Part shown: piece after piece, positions 20,183 through 30,600 of the stretch
Position numbering within the stretch: position 1 is the stretch's first letter
Layout: every line of letters begins with the position of its first letter
Assembly (NCBI GenBank): GCA_021513695.1
Contig: CP084166.1
Span: 608,001 to 672,000 of the forward strand
From: Candidatus Heimdallarchaeum aukensis
GTDB lineage: Archaea; Asgardarchaeota; Heimdallarchaeia; Heimdallarchaeales; Heimdallarchaeaceae
Length of the DNA stretch: 64,000 bases
Direction of reading: 5' to 3'
Notes under the pieces: generated by a model
Seen by the model: only the letters and a program-made list of their open reading frames with translations
Databases searched by the model: none
What the model was told of the DNA's origin: nothing
Position numbers and translations under genes: made by a program

Positions 20183-22399
20183 TTACCCTAATACTAGTTC
20201 TTTTTCTGGTTTTGACTTCTGTTTAGTCTTTTTTGTATCTATTGTTTTTTTCTCTATTTCTGTATCTTTTTTCTTAACTATATCATCTTTCTGTTGATCT
20301 AGGGATGTTTCTACTTTCTCTTTCTTTTCTTTAATATACTTAGCTTCTTCTACACTTACTTCTTCTGTCTCTTTTGTATCATTTTGTTGTTTTTTCTCTT
20401 TGATTTCTTCTTTAGAAGGAACAACTTTTTTTGAAATCCTCTCTTTTCTAGTATCTTTTGCTTCTTGTCTCGTTTCTTTTTTTACCTTTGTCATTATTTT
20501 AGGTTCTGACTTTTGTTCTTTCTCTTTTTCTAGTTCTTCAACTATTTTAATTTGCATTTCTTTTTTGACTCTTTCATATAAATTGACTGACCAAGGTAAA
20601 TTCTCTTGAATTGAAATATTAGAGAGAGAACGAAGAATCTCTATAACAAATTTTTTCTGTGTTTCCTTGTTACTTGAAAGCTTGTTATATGCATTTGACA
20701 AAATAGAATAAACTTTTTCTTCCTCAGTGTAAAGAAACAACATATTTCTGATTACTGTTGAAAGATCTCTATTTTTCTCAAATTGGAAAATGTTCTTGCA
20801 TATTATATCTTCAAATACTTTTTTAAGGGTAGAATCATTTTTTTCTACTGTTTTTAGATCAAAACAAGTTTGAATACTTTCAATAGTTAAGTTTTGTAAA
20901 GAGTTAGAAATGAAACCCTTTTTTTGATTTAATGTTGTGATTACTCCATTTAGGAAGTTTGTGCTCAAGGTTTCTGCGCAAATAGATAACAGTTCATTTT
21001 TTTGATTAGTAAAAACTAATTCACTCTTTAGATTTTGTAAAATGACTACAACTTCTTCTACATCAAAGTCTCCTGAAATCTTGTTTTTTATTGATTCCTC
21101 TGAAAAGAATACTGAATAATAATAGAATTTTTCACTTAACTCTGATAACGTAGGATCTTTACTTTTATTCATATCTTTTATATTCATTGAAAGTGCAACT
21201 AACAACCCTCGAATAATTTTTTCAAAATCTCTTTTTTCTTCTTCTTTTGAAACTTGGAGTTTAAATAACATTATAATTAGTTTATTGATTTGTAAAAGAA
21301 CTAGTTCTTTTTCTTTTAATGTTAAATCTGATAACTCGGTATCTATTGCAATTACTGATTTATCTAATAAAAAGTTTAGATTTTCTCTTGTCTTTGAATT
21401 AAGTTTGCTTTCTTTACCTAAAGCATGAAAATAAGCAAAAGTGCTAATAGCAAATAAATTAATTCTCTCTTCTAGTCTATTTAAAAAAACTTCAAAGTTT
21501 CTAACTATTTTATCTAATTTTTCTTCAGGTTTATCTTGCTGCTCTAAACCTATTTTAAAGCTATTTAGGTAGTCTATTGAACATTTTGAAGAAAAGATGT
21601 ACAATATTGTTGGATAAAAAGTTAGATATTCAAGGAGCTCTTTCTTAATCAAATTAATGTCAAAGAAATAGTTAGATGCTCCCATTAAAAGTGCAAAATC
21701 AGTAAGAAATTGTGCTTTCTCAATAGGTAAAAATTTTAACAAATCGTTTTCTAAATACTCAAATCGAATGAGTTTTCTTCCGCAAGAAGGGCAAGACTCT
21801 TCATTAACTATTTTTTGTCCACATATTGAGCATAAAACAGTCTTTTTTCTTATTTGTATTCCACATTGATTACAATAATTGCTGTCAGGGTGATTAGAAG
21901 AATCACAGTTTAAACATTTAACAACCTTAAAAGAAGGTTTTTCTTTTCTTTCAAAGTATTCTTCTTTTTGTTCTTGTTCGATACTTGTCTCTTTCTGGTG
22001 AATGTCAAATTTTAAACCACAATATTTACAAAAACGAGCGTTTGGAGGATTAACAGTTTGACAGTTTGAACAAATCAAAATGTTTGGTTCACTTTTTTTC
22101 TCTGTAAATCTTGCACCACATTGGGTACAAAATTTTGCATCAATTTTTTGCATAGATCTACAAAAAGGACAAGCTTTTGTCTGTGAGCTACTTTTATTTT
22201 TCTTGTTTCTTTCATTAGCAAAGTTGTATCCACATTTAGAACAAAACAGAGCTTCATTTCGAACATATTTCTGACAAACAGGACATTGTTTAAGAAGTGT
22301 ATATTCAGTAGGAGTATCGATTTTATTTCCACAGTGAGTACAATAAGAAACTTCTTTTTTATTCAGAAGACCACATCTATTGCACATCTTTTGTATCAT
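20183..22399 (-). CDS. multi-zinc-ribbon protein (six CxxC...CxxC ribbons) with helical middle domain and K/E-rich C-terminal tail
   Basis: N-terminal 200 aa: CNRC..CTHC, CPVC..CSKC, CPFC..CTQC, CSNC..CKYC, CLNC..CNQC, CSIC..CPSC. The last ~110 aa are low-complexity and K/E-rich. Confidence 0.6.
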   Translation of the reverse strand: MIQKMCNRCGLLNKKEVSYCTHCGNKIDTPTEYTLLKQCPVCQKYVRNEALFCSKCGYNFANERNKKNKSSSQTKACPFCRSMQKIDAKFCTQCGARFTEKKSEPNILICSNCQTVNPPNARFCKYCGLKFDIHQKETSIEQEQKEEYFERKEKPSFKVVKCLNCDSSNHPDSNYCNQCGIQIRKKTVLCSICGQKIVNEESCPSCGRKLIRFEYLENDLLKFLPIEKAQFLTDFALLMGASNYFFDINLIKKELLEYLTFYPTILYIFSSKCSIDYLNSFKIGLEQQDKPEEKLDKIVRNFEVFLNRLEERINLFAISTFAYFHALGKESKLNSKTRENLNFLLDKSVIAIDTELSDLTLKEKELVLLQINKLIIMLFKLQVSKEEEKRDFEKIIRGLLVALSMNIKDMNKSKDPTLSELSEKFYYYSVFFSEESIKNKISGDFDVEEVVVILQNLKSELVFTNQKNELLSICAETLSTNFLNGVITTLNQKKGFISNSLQNLTIESIQTCFDLKTVEKNDSTLKKVFEDIICKNIFQFEKNRDLSTVIRNMLFLYTEEEKVYSILSNAYNKLSSNKETQKKFVIEILRSLSNISIQENLPWSVNLYERVKKEMQIKIVEELEKEKEQKSEPKIMTKVKKETRQEAKDTRKERISKKVVPSKEEIKEKKQQNDTKETEEVSVEEAKYIKEKKEKVETSLDQQKDDIVKKKDTEIEKKTIDTKKTKQKSKPEKELVLG

Positions 22400-22497
22400 A
22401 GAACCCCAGCGCTAACTTCTATTTAGAAAGTACCATACAAGTATATATAACTAGTTTTTTAAGATTGGATTTAGAATTAGATTTATCACAATTTTTG

Positions 22498-22539
22498 TTG
22501 TACAATCACTTGTACAAACTATTAATCACGATGTACAAA
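22498..22539. promoter_or_regulatory. three TGTACAA sites (two perfect TTGTACAA palindromes at 22498-22505 and 22510-22517; a third at 22532-22538) in the divergent intergenic region
   Basis: Read directly. Includes direct repeat AATCAC(T/G)(T/A)TGTACAAA x2. Lies between the minus-strand start at 22399 and the plus-strand start at 22577. Confidence 0.3.
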
Positions 22540-22576
22540 GTCTTTATATAAATAGAATGAAATTTCAAAGTAATAT

Positions 22577-24934
22577 ATGAAAAAACGAACGAACATTAAA
22601 AAAATAAATTTCATATTGTTCTTAATTTTTGTTCTTTTTGCAAGTTTTGCAATTGAACATGTTACAATAAAAGCTTCAGATAGCACCAACATAGGAAACC
22701 AGAAACATTTCGTTGATGACAACGCTGAGATCTTAATTATTTCAGATAATGATTTTGTTAAATATGGTTTTCCAGGGGATGGTTCTGTAGATAATCCATA
22801 TATTATCAGCAACCTAGATTTAAATACATCGAAAATGTTTGGTATATTTATTTCTAATGTAAGTTCATATTTTGTAATAGAAAACTGTTTTATTAGATCT
22901 TCTTATTACGGAATATCAGTTAGTGGTCTTGAAGAAAACAGAGCTACTATAAGAAACAATACCTTTTACAAAAGTATTGTAGCTGTTGAAATTAGCCATT
23001 CTCCAGGAATAACAATAATTAACAATAATTTCACTGAAAACAGAGATTATGGGATTTTTATTGAATATTCACCTGATTCCGTTTTGAACTCAAATTACTT
23101 TTTCAAGAATGGCGTGGGTTATTCCGGAAATGGTCTAATTATTAAAGAATCTGAAAATTCAACAATTACCAATAACTCTTTTGTTAGGGATGGTTTAGCT
23201 ATAGAGCCCTCAAATTTTGACATTAAATTGAGCTTATTTAATAATACAGTTAATAATAAACTAATTGGCTACTTCACTAAACAGAACAATATAGTAGTAG
23301 ATCAGTCTATTTATGGTCAAATACTTATCATTGAATGCTCAAATGTTTTTATTTCAAATCAAACGATTTCAGAAACTAATGTTGCTATTTCTGTTTATAA
23401 CTCAAATAGTATACTTATTTCAAATAATACTCTTATGAGCAATGATAAAGGGATTTTCTTATTTCAAACCTATGACTTTGCAATAGAGAGAAACTTTCTA
23501 GAAAATAATTCATTGAATGGATTAGAAATCAACGATTGTACTAAATTCAACATCGTAGATAATGAGATAATCAACAACAGGAAAGGGATTGAGTTATTTA
23601 TTGTCGATGGTTACTCAATTTCTAACATTAATAAGAACACAATTAAGGAGAATTTAGAAGAAGGACTTTCATTAAACACTGTAAATAATTTAAACATAAG
23701 CGAGAATTTCATATACAAAAATTTAGTAGGAATATATGCTTATTATTCTTCTAATGTCTATATAGTTGCTAATTCATTTGAAGTTAATTACCTTTATGCT
23801 ATAACTTTAATGGAAAGTGTAAACAACTTCTATATTTATTATAATCTCTTTGCAACCAATAATCTTGAAAACAAAAACGAATCCCAGTGTTTAGATAATG
23901 GAGTAAATAATCTATGGTACAATCCAGATACAGAAAAAGGAAATTATTGGACAGATCTTAATGACCAAAAGGTTTACTCAATAGGAGGTTCTGCAGGAAG
24001 TATTGATGCATATCCTATGGACCCATTTATAGTCGATTATCCTCCTTTATTTAATTGGCAACTTTACCTGATTCTTCCACTTACTTTAACAACCCTTTTA
24101 TCTGCAGGAGCTTATTTCTTGATCAAAAAAAGAGAAAGAAGAAATTCCAATCTTTCTGATTACAAGAAAGAGCTGAAAAAAGAGAAAGAGTGGGCTAGTG
24201 CTATTACAGAGAAAAAAGATAAAGTAGGTTCTCCAATTAGTAATCTAAACAAACAGATTAGAAAACATTTGGTAAAGAACTTTTCTAAATGGTTTATAGT
24301 AGGTTCAATTTCAGTACTTGTTATTAGCTCTGGATTTTTAGCTTACAAACTTTCGGTCTCTCCTGATAATACTAACCAAAACGGTGCAATGGTAAAATAT
24401 GCCCAAGCTCTTCAACAATCTATTCCTGAAGCTGTCTATATAGAGATTATAGGTAATGCTACATCGGCAATACATGAGAGTTTAATGGATGCACATATTT
24501 ATCGTATAAGCCCCTATCCAGATTTGACTTGGGAAGTTACAGCTAATATTCTCAAATTTGATGATGAAGGAAGAGCTTACCTTGAAGAAATTTCTTTCAC
24601 TCTCGACAGTTATGTAATTGATGAAATCGGACAAAATCTCTTCGAATCTCTCAACAACACCGTGATTTTAGGACATTACGGAGAAAAACCCTACAACGAT
24701 GAAGATACTTACAACATAAATATTAAATGGGGTTTAAGATTTTTCTTGGAAAATACTACAATAATTGAGTTGATTGTACTAGAGAATGGTCTTGTAGTAT
24801 ATGCAAAAGGCTACTGGGTAACTTTTTCTAATTATTCAACAAACATGATCGGAGCTTTAATTATTGGACCAGAATCTGCTTTTGACAATACTATTCGAAT
24901 TCTAAGAGAGATTTTTGAGGAAAATATAAATTAG
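22577..24934 (+). CDS. surface protein: signal/anchor, right-handed parallel beta-helix repeats, two TM helices, C-terminal domain
   Basis: N-terminal hydrophobic leader. Repeated ~22-aa units with NN(T/S)F, ISN and GI(F/S)I motifs typical of PbH1 beta-helix repeats. TM helices LYLILPLTLTTLLSAGAYFLI and FSKWFIVGSISVLVISSGFLAY. Confidence 0.6.
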   Translation: MKKRTNIKKINFILFLIFVLFASFAIEHVTIKASDSTNIGNQKHFVDDNAEILIISDNDFVKYGFPGDGSVDNPYIISNLDLNTSKMFGIFISNVSSYFVIENCFIRSSYYGISVSGLEENRATIRNNTFYKSIVAVEISHSPGITIINNNFTENRDYGIFIEYSPDSVLNSNYFFKNGVGYSGNGLIIKESENSTITNNSFVRDGLAIEPSNFDIKLSLFNNTVNNKLIGYFTKQNNIVVDQSIYGQILIIECSNVFISNQTISETNVAISVYNSNSILISNNTLMSNDKGIFLFQTYDFAIERNFLENNSLNGLEINDCTKFNIVDNEIINNRKGIELFIVDGYSISNINKNTIKENLEEGLSLNTVNNLNISENFIYKNLVGIYAYYSSNVYIVANSFEVNYLYAITLMESVNNFYIYYNLFATNNLENKNESQCLDNGVNNLWYNPDTEKGNYWTDLNDQKVYSIGGSAGSIDAYPMDPFIVDYPPLFNWQLYLILPLTLTTLLSAGAYFLIKKRERRNSNLSDYKKELKKEKEWASAITEKKDKVGSPISNLNKQIRKHLVKNFSKWFIVGSISVLVISSGFLAYKLSVSPDNTNQNGAMVKYAQALQQSIPEAVYIEIIGNATSAIHESLMDAHIYRISPYPDLTWEVTANILKFDDEGRAYLEEISFTLDSYVIDEIGQNLFESLNNTVILGHYGEKPYNDEDTYNINIKWGLRFFLENTTIIELIVLENGLVVYAKGYWVTFSNYSTNMIGALIIGPESAFDNTIRILREIFEENIN

Positions 24935-24937
24935 AAG

Positions 24938-25423
24938 GTGCGTATAATGAATATTGTGGCAAAAGAGAAACAAGATATCATCGCTGAACTTAACGGAACA
25001 GCGCTACGTATTTTCCTTTTTCTTTTAAAAAACAATGAAATAGGAATACGAGACGCTCAAAGAAAATTAGGCCTTAAGAGTGCTAGCCATGTACAGTACC
25101 ATCTACAAAGATTTGAGCATTTAGGTATAGTGGAAAAGATGCCTAATAGCAGATATTGTCTTACAGAAAAATATTCTGAACTTCGAAGCATAAAACTAGG
25201 TCTTTTAACTGAAATATACATCTACAAAGGTGTTATAATTCCTTCTATTGGTTTTTTTTCTGGTGCTCTATTTACAACATTAATTATTTCTTTAATTTTT
25301 TACTTTCAAGTAAACAAGCTTTCAGGATTTCTAATTAGTATAATCGGAGTCTTTGCTACAGCAGTATATTTTCTAATCCAAGCTATTCAAATACTTAAAA
25401 ACTTTAGAGAGAATGAAAAATAA
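24938..25423 (+). CDS. membrane-anchored winged-helix transcriptional regulator
   Basis: N-terminal wHTH (LRIFLFLLKNNEIGIRDAQRKLGLKSASHVQYHLQRFEHLGIVEK) followed by two hydrophobic helices. Starts 4 nt after the beta-helix protein stop. Confidence 0.5.
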   Translation: MRIMNIVAKEKQDIIAELNGTALRIFLFLLKNNEIGIRDAQRKLGLKSASHVQYHLQRFEHLGIVEKMPNSRYCLTEKYSELRSIKLGLLTEIYIYKGVIIPSIGFFSGALFTTLIISLIFYFQVNKLSGFLISIIGVFATAVYFLIQAIQILKNFRENEK

Positions 25424-25493
25424 CCACAATATTTGAATTGACCAAACGATAAAAAAATACAAAAAAGAATGAGAAACTTTCTCTTTTTTTGAA

Positions 25494-27419
25494 TTAATTA
25501 ATATATGTTAGAATGAAAGAATCTTGTATAAGATCTTCTATTTTCTTTTCTTCTATTTTGTCAAAAAACTTACCTGTTTTTGGAATGGAAGTTAGTTTAT
25601 GCCATAATTCCTCGAATTTTCCAATGTTATTAACAAAGTTATCTATCTTTTTATTGGCAGTGAAAGAAGAGCCTTTGAACACATAACAAAAGATTATTCC
25701 TTCCTTGTTTTTGAACGTCAAAAAGTAGTCATGATATTCTACTTGCTTGATTGAACCTTCTGTTGCTAAAACCTCTTTTAATATGTTATTTAAAGCAGAA
25801 AGGAATCCTGAAAATAGAATACTGTCATATTTCTCCTCACTAAAGTTATAACTGTAAAGTGGTATTCCATGTTCATTTAGAATAAGCAACATAACTGGAG
25901 TGTCTTTTTCTATTACTTCGAGTTCGTAGCTAACCCTTTGTATCATCTGCGAAACTAAAGTGTCAACTTGTGTTTTTTCTATTCTTTTCTTTATACTCAC
26001 ATCAGAATTAAGAATTGCTTTCCATTTATTATGTTCTCTTACAATTGAATCATATTCTAAACTTATTTTTTGAGCTAAATTGTCTAATCCTTGAGAAAAA
26101 GCTATCTCCTGCGCTTTTAATAAATCCTCTTGAGCTTCATCAAGATTTAGTTGAATTAGATTAATCTTTCCTTTTAACCAGTAAGCTTCTGCTAAGAGAG
26201 ACCTAGATATTTGCATTTCTGCAATTTTTAATAGCTGAATGTTTATATCCTTTAGTTCATCTATAATTTCGCTTTCATTAAAAATAGTAAGCTCTTCTAG
26301 CAATATTTCAGTAAGGTTTAACATCGCATGAATATTTATCTCATTGTAAATTTCATTCGTTCTAATAATAGAATGAAGAAGAGAGATAGCTTTCGCTTGT
26401 GAAACAAATCTTTTTCGCTCTTTTAATACACTTGCTTCTGTTAGTTTAGCATAAAAACTCAAAAACTTGTTTTTTTCCTTTCTAGATAATTTTTTTAATT
26501 CTTTCAAGTATTCCTGAGCTTTCGATATTTGCCCTAGTAAAATGTGTAACTTAGTCAAATAATAGGTGGATTCAGCTATAATATAGTTAAATTTAACTAA
26601 TTTTGCATAATTTATACTTTTATCGAAAAAATCTAAAGCTAGATTAAACTCTCCTTTACTGAAATAAACGATGCCTATATTATTGAAAACTTGTGAAATT
26701 CCAAAAATATTTTCTTTTTCTTGATAGTTAATTAAAGCATCGTTATATAGTTCAACCGCTTTATTTAGATTTCCTTTTAATCTATAAATCTCACCTATAG
26801 AAATTAAAGTATTGTTAATTATTTGCTTCGAGTTTAAAAATTCACCATAAACAAGACACTCTTCAAAACAAGCAAGGCTTTGATTTAGATTTCCTTTTTG
26901 GGCATTTATTTTTCCTTCTCTATATTTTAAAAAAGCATAAATTTTGGTCTCATTCTTCTCTTTAACTAATTGTAAAGATTTTTTTACTAAATTCAGTGCT
27001 CGTGGTAGATCTTTATAGATAACCAGTAAAGCTTGGCAGAGATTGAAAATGGCATTAACTTCATTTTTATCTTTCTTAATTACCTTTGATTTTGTTTTTT
27101 TGAAGTGTAATAAAATTTCTTCACTTTTTTTGTTTTGTGATAAAAGGAGAGAAAAAACCTCTATCAAATAATAGTAAACATAGAAATCATTAGCCATAAG
27201 TTCTTTCTCATTTTCAAGGTAACTTAAAAGTTGAAGGCCAAATACTTTGCAATCCTCTACTTTACCAAACTCATAAGCTGTTTCAACTTTGTGATTTAAT
27301 AAACTTCTTTTTTCAATTGAAGGTTGTTTTCTCTCTTCTTCATGGTTATTTATTTGGGTAATAATTTCAGAATATTTGGTTGAATCTAGAATTTTTTCGT
27401 TTTCTATGAAATCTATCAC
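25494..27419 (-). CDS. TPR protein with C-terminal roadblock/longin-like domain (paralogue of 14018-16018)
   Basis: Multiple TPR units (NIGIVYFSKGEFNLALDFFDKSI etc.). C-terminus MLLILNEHGIPLYSYNF...LFSGFLSALNNILKEVL...GIIFCYVFKG has the same pattern as the other two copies. Confidence 0.6.
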   Translation of the reverse strand: MIDFIENEKILDSTKYSEIITQINNHEEERKQPSIEKRSLLNHKVETAYEFGKVEDCKVFGLQLLSYLENEKELMANDFYVYYYLIEVFSLLLSQNKKSEEILLHFKKTKSKVIKKDKNEVNAIFNLCQALLVIYKDLPRALNLVKKSLQLVKEKNETKIYAFLKYREGKINAQKGNLNQSLACFEECLVYGEFLNSKQIINNTLISIGEIYRLKGNLNKAVELYNDALINYQEKENIFGISQVFNNIGIVYFSKGEFNLALDFFDKSINYAKLVKFNYIIAESTYYLTKLHILLGQISKAQEYLKELKKLSRKEKNKFLSFYAKLTEASVLKERKRFVSQAKAISLLHSIIRTNEIYNEINIHAMLNLTEILLEELTIFNESEIIDELKDINIQLLKIAEMQISRSLLAEAYWLKGKINLIQLNLDEAQEDLLKAQEIAFSQGLDNLAQKISLEYDSIVREHNKWKAILNSDVSIKKRIEKTQVDTLVSQMIQRVSYELEVIEKDTPVMLLILNEHGIPLYSYNFSEEKYDSILFSGFLSALNNILKEVLATEGSIKQVEYHDYFLTFKNKEGIIFCYVFKGSSFTANKKIDNFVNNIGKFEELWHKLTSIPKTGKFFDKIEEKKIEDLIQDSFILTYIN

Positions 27420-27679
27420 CTTAACAAAGAATTTAATAAATTCGCTTCCTTCAACTTAAAGAATATTTCTATTTACGTGCGTGATTTGTATTATAATGAA
27501 ATTATTGATTTTTAAACCTATAACTAAATTATTCTTAAGCTTCTACTTCTCTTTTTTTAATTTGAAAGATTTAAATAGATTCAAGTCACAAAATTACCAA
27601 TAAATTGGAAAAAATAAATAAATGCATCTAAAAATTGGATTTTATTCAGTTAAAAATAGAATTTTAAAGAGTTGATAAG

Positions 27680-30600
27680 ATGAAAAAGAAGACAATAACT
27701 TTGATCTTTATACTGTTAATAATGATTCAAGTATCTTCTTTATTTATAGAAACAGAAGCTTCAAATTACATATATACTCAACTTAAGTGGAGAAAAATAT
27801 CAAGCTACAATTATGGAGAAGCTTCTTTCTTTGACTATGATAAAGACGGAAAATTAGATGTTTTTTTTAAAACAGCAGAAGGCATAGAAATTTACAATCA
27901 TAAAGGAAATCTATTAAAGAAAATTCATGGTTATTTCCAATATACCCCCACAATTACAGACCTAGAAAAAGATGGAGATTTAGAGTTTATTACTCAAAAC
28001 TACTATGGAATAGAAATATACGATTCTACCGGACAATTAAAAGAACAGAACTTAACTTTATATAGTGCCTACGCGAGAATTGTGGTTGCAGACATTAACA
28101 ATGACGGGATACAAGAAATAATTTATCATTCCACAGGTGATATAATATGCTTCAACAATCAATTAGAAGAAATTTGGAGCTATAAATTTGAAAATCCAGA
28201 CTATTATGGAAGTATTTATGATCTCGTAGTTAATTCAGATGCAGATTCTGAAAAAGAAATTGTAGTTTATTATGACAACTCGATTTATCTATTTAATACA
28301 GATGGTGAAAAAAAATGGTCAAAATCCTTACCTTCTGAAGGAATTGTCGCTTATGATTTTAATGATGATGGTATAGATGAAATAATTGGAACCAAATCAT
28401 CAGATTACACAATTTACTCTTTAAACAGTCAAGATGGTTCTGAATTGTGGATTAATGAAATGGCTGTAAACTTAAACCCTTTGCCTATTGACCTTGATCA
28501 AGATGGAATTGTAGAATTAATAGCTCTTTCTACTGATAATGACAAGTCTGAATCTTATATTAATTATATCAATGGAAAAACAGGAGAAGTAGAAGAACAG
28601 GTAACTGTAGATCAAAGATTCTTTACTAATTCATATTACGAATTCTTTCCTGAAACTCCAGCTGTAGGAGATTTTGATGGTAATGGGGTGTTGGACCTTA
28701 TCTTTCTTGCTTTTTCATATGCTTATAGTGTTGCTACACTGATTTATTCTGCAGATGGGTATAGAATAGCAGAATTTGACGAGGGTTCACTAACAACTCC
28801 AACAATTGTTGACCTGGATGGTAATGGAAGAACAGAAATAATGATACGTGATTATTCAGGAATATTCTGCTATGAGGTTACTGGATCAACTTCTGGAAAA
28901 AATATCTGGTATAAAGAAAGAGGAAATATAGCTAATACAATGGTAGTAGATACAGATGGAGACTTGCTAGATGATATAAGCGAAGAATTTTATGGTTCAG
29001 ATAAAGGAAAAGAAGATACTGACGGTGATACCCTTTTAGACGGAATAGAGATAATTGGTTCTGGTTCTTCACCTATAAAACAAGACACTGATGGAGATGG
29101 TTTAACAGATGATGTTGAATATGAATTAGGTTTCAACCCAAGATTAAATGACTTAGATTTGGATTATGATGATGATAGTTTAACCAATTATGATGAAGTA
29201 TTTGTTTATTCAACAAATCCTATGTCTAATGATACAGATAACGATTTACTACTTGATAATGAAGAAATTAATACTTATGGAACGTCTCCAACAAACAACG
29301 ACACAGATGCAGATGGTGTTATTGATGGAGAAGAAGTACATACTTACGGAACATCACCATTAGATAATGATTCAGATGACGATGGAATGGAAGACGGATA
29401 TGAAGTCTTATACAACTTAGATCCTCTTGTAAATGATAGTTATGGAGATATTGACTCAGATGGTTTGTTAAATATTGAAGAGTTTACATACAATTCAAAC
29501 AGTTCAAATGTAGACACAGATAATGACACAATTTCAGATGGTGATGAAGTTCATACTTATGGAACGTCTCCAACAAACAATGATTCTGATGGAGATAATC
29601 TCACAGATAATGAAGAAATTTATACTTATGGAACGTCTCCAACAAACAACGACACAGACGCAGATATTATGTGGGATGGTTGGGAGATTGAATATGGATT
29701 TAATCCCTTAATCGACGATGGAGATGAAGATTTAGATTCTGACGGTCTTTCCAATGCTGAAGAATTTATTTATTCAACAGAGCCTAACAATACTGACTCA
29801 GATTCTGACCAACTCCTTGATGGAGAAGAAGTACATACTTATGGAACAGACCCTGCTAAAATTGATAGTGACGAGGATGAGCTTACTGATTATGAAGAAG
29901 TTATAGTTTATACAACAAATCCTGTGTCTAACGATACTGATAATGACTTAATGGGTGATTATTATGAGGTTAATCATGGTTTAAACCCCCTTGTAAACGA
30001 TACTTTAGGCGATCTTGACAATGATACTCTAACAAATTATGAAGAATTTTTACTTGGTACTTTACCTAATAACAATGATACTGATGGAGATGGAATGAGT
30101 GATGGTTTTGAGTATCAATATGGACTAATTTTAACTGACAATGATTCTTCATTGGACAAGGATAAGGATGGTTTATCTAACCTTGACGAATTTTTACATA
30201 ATACCAACCCTCTCTCTAATGATACTGATGGAGATGGAATGTTTGATGGTTTTGAAGTGCAATATAACCTTAACCCAAATTTAAATGATTCTGCAGGAGA
30301 CCCTGATGCTGATGGAATATCAAATATTGATGAAATGAAATATGGTTCATCACCAATTAGCTCTGATACAGACAGTGACCGTCTAACCGATCCTGAAGAG
30401 ATATTCATCTATCACTCTAATCCTGCAATAAAAGATACAGATGGAGATGGTTTAGAAGATGGAGAAGAAGTACTTGATTTTGGTACAAGCCCAACTAACG
30501 AGGATACAGACGGGGACACTCTTAGTGACTATGTAGAGATTTATGTTTTCCTCACTGACCCAACAGACCCTGATACAGATAACGATGGAATGAATGATGG

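Noticed and set aside
20183-20520. K/E-rich repetitive DNA at the 3' end of the zinc-ribbon gene, considered as a possible CRISPR-like or satellite repeat
   Set aside because: The periodicity is irregular and it encodes the low-complexity charged tail in frame. It is simple-sequence coding DNA.
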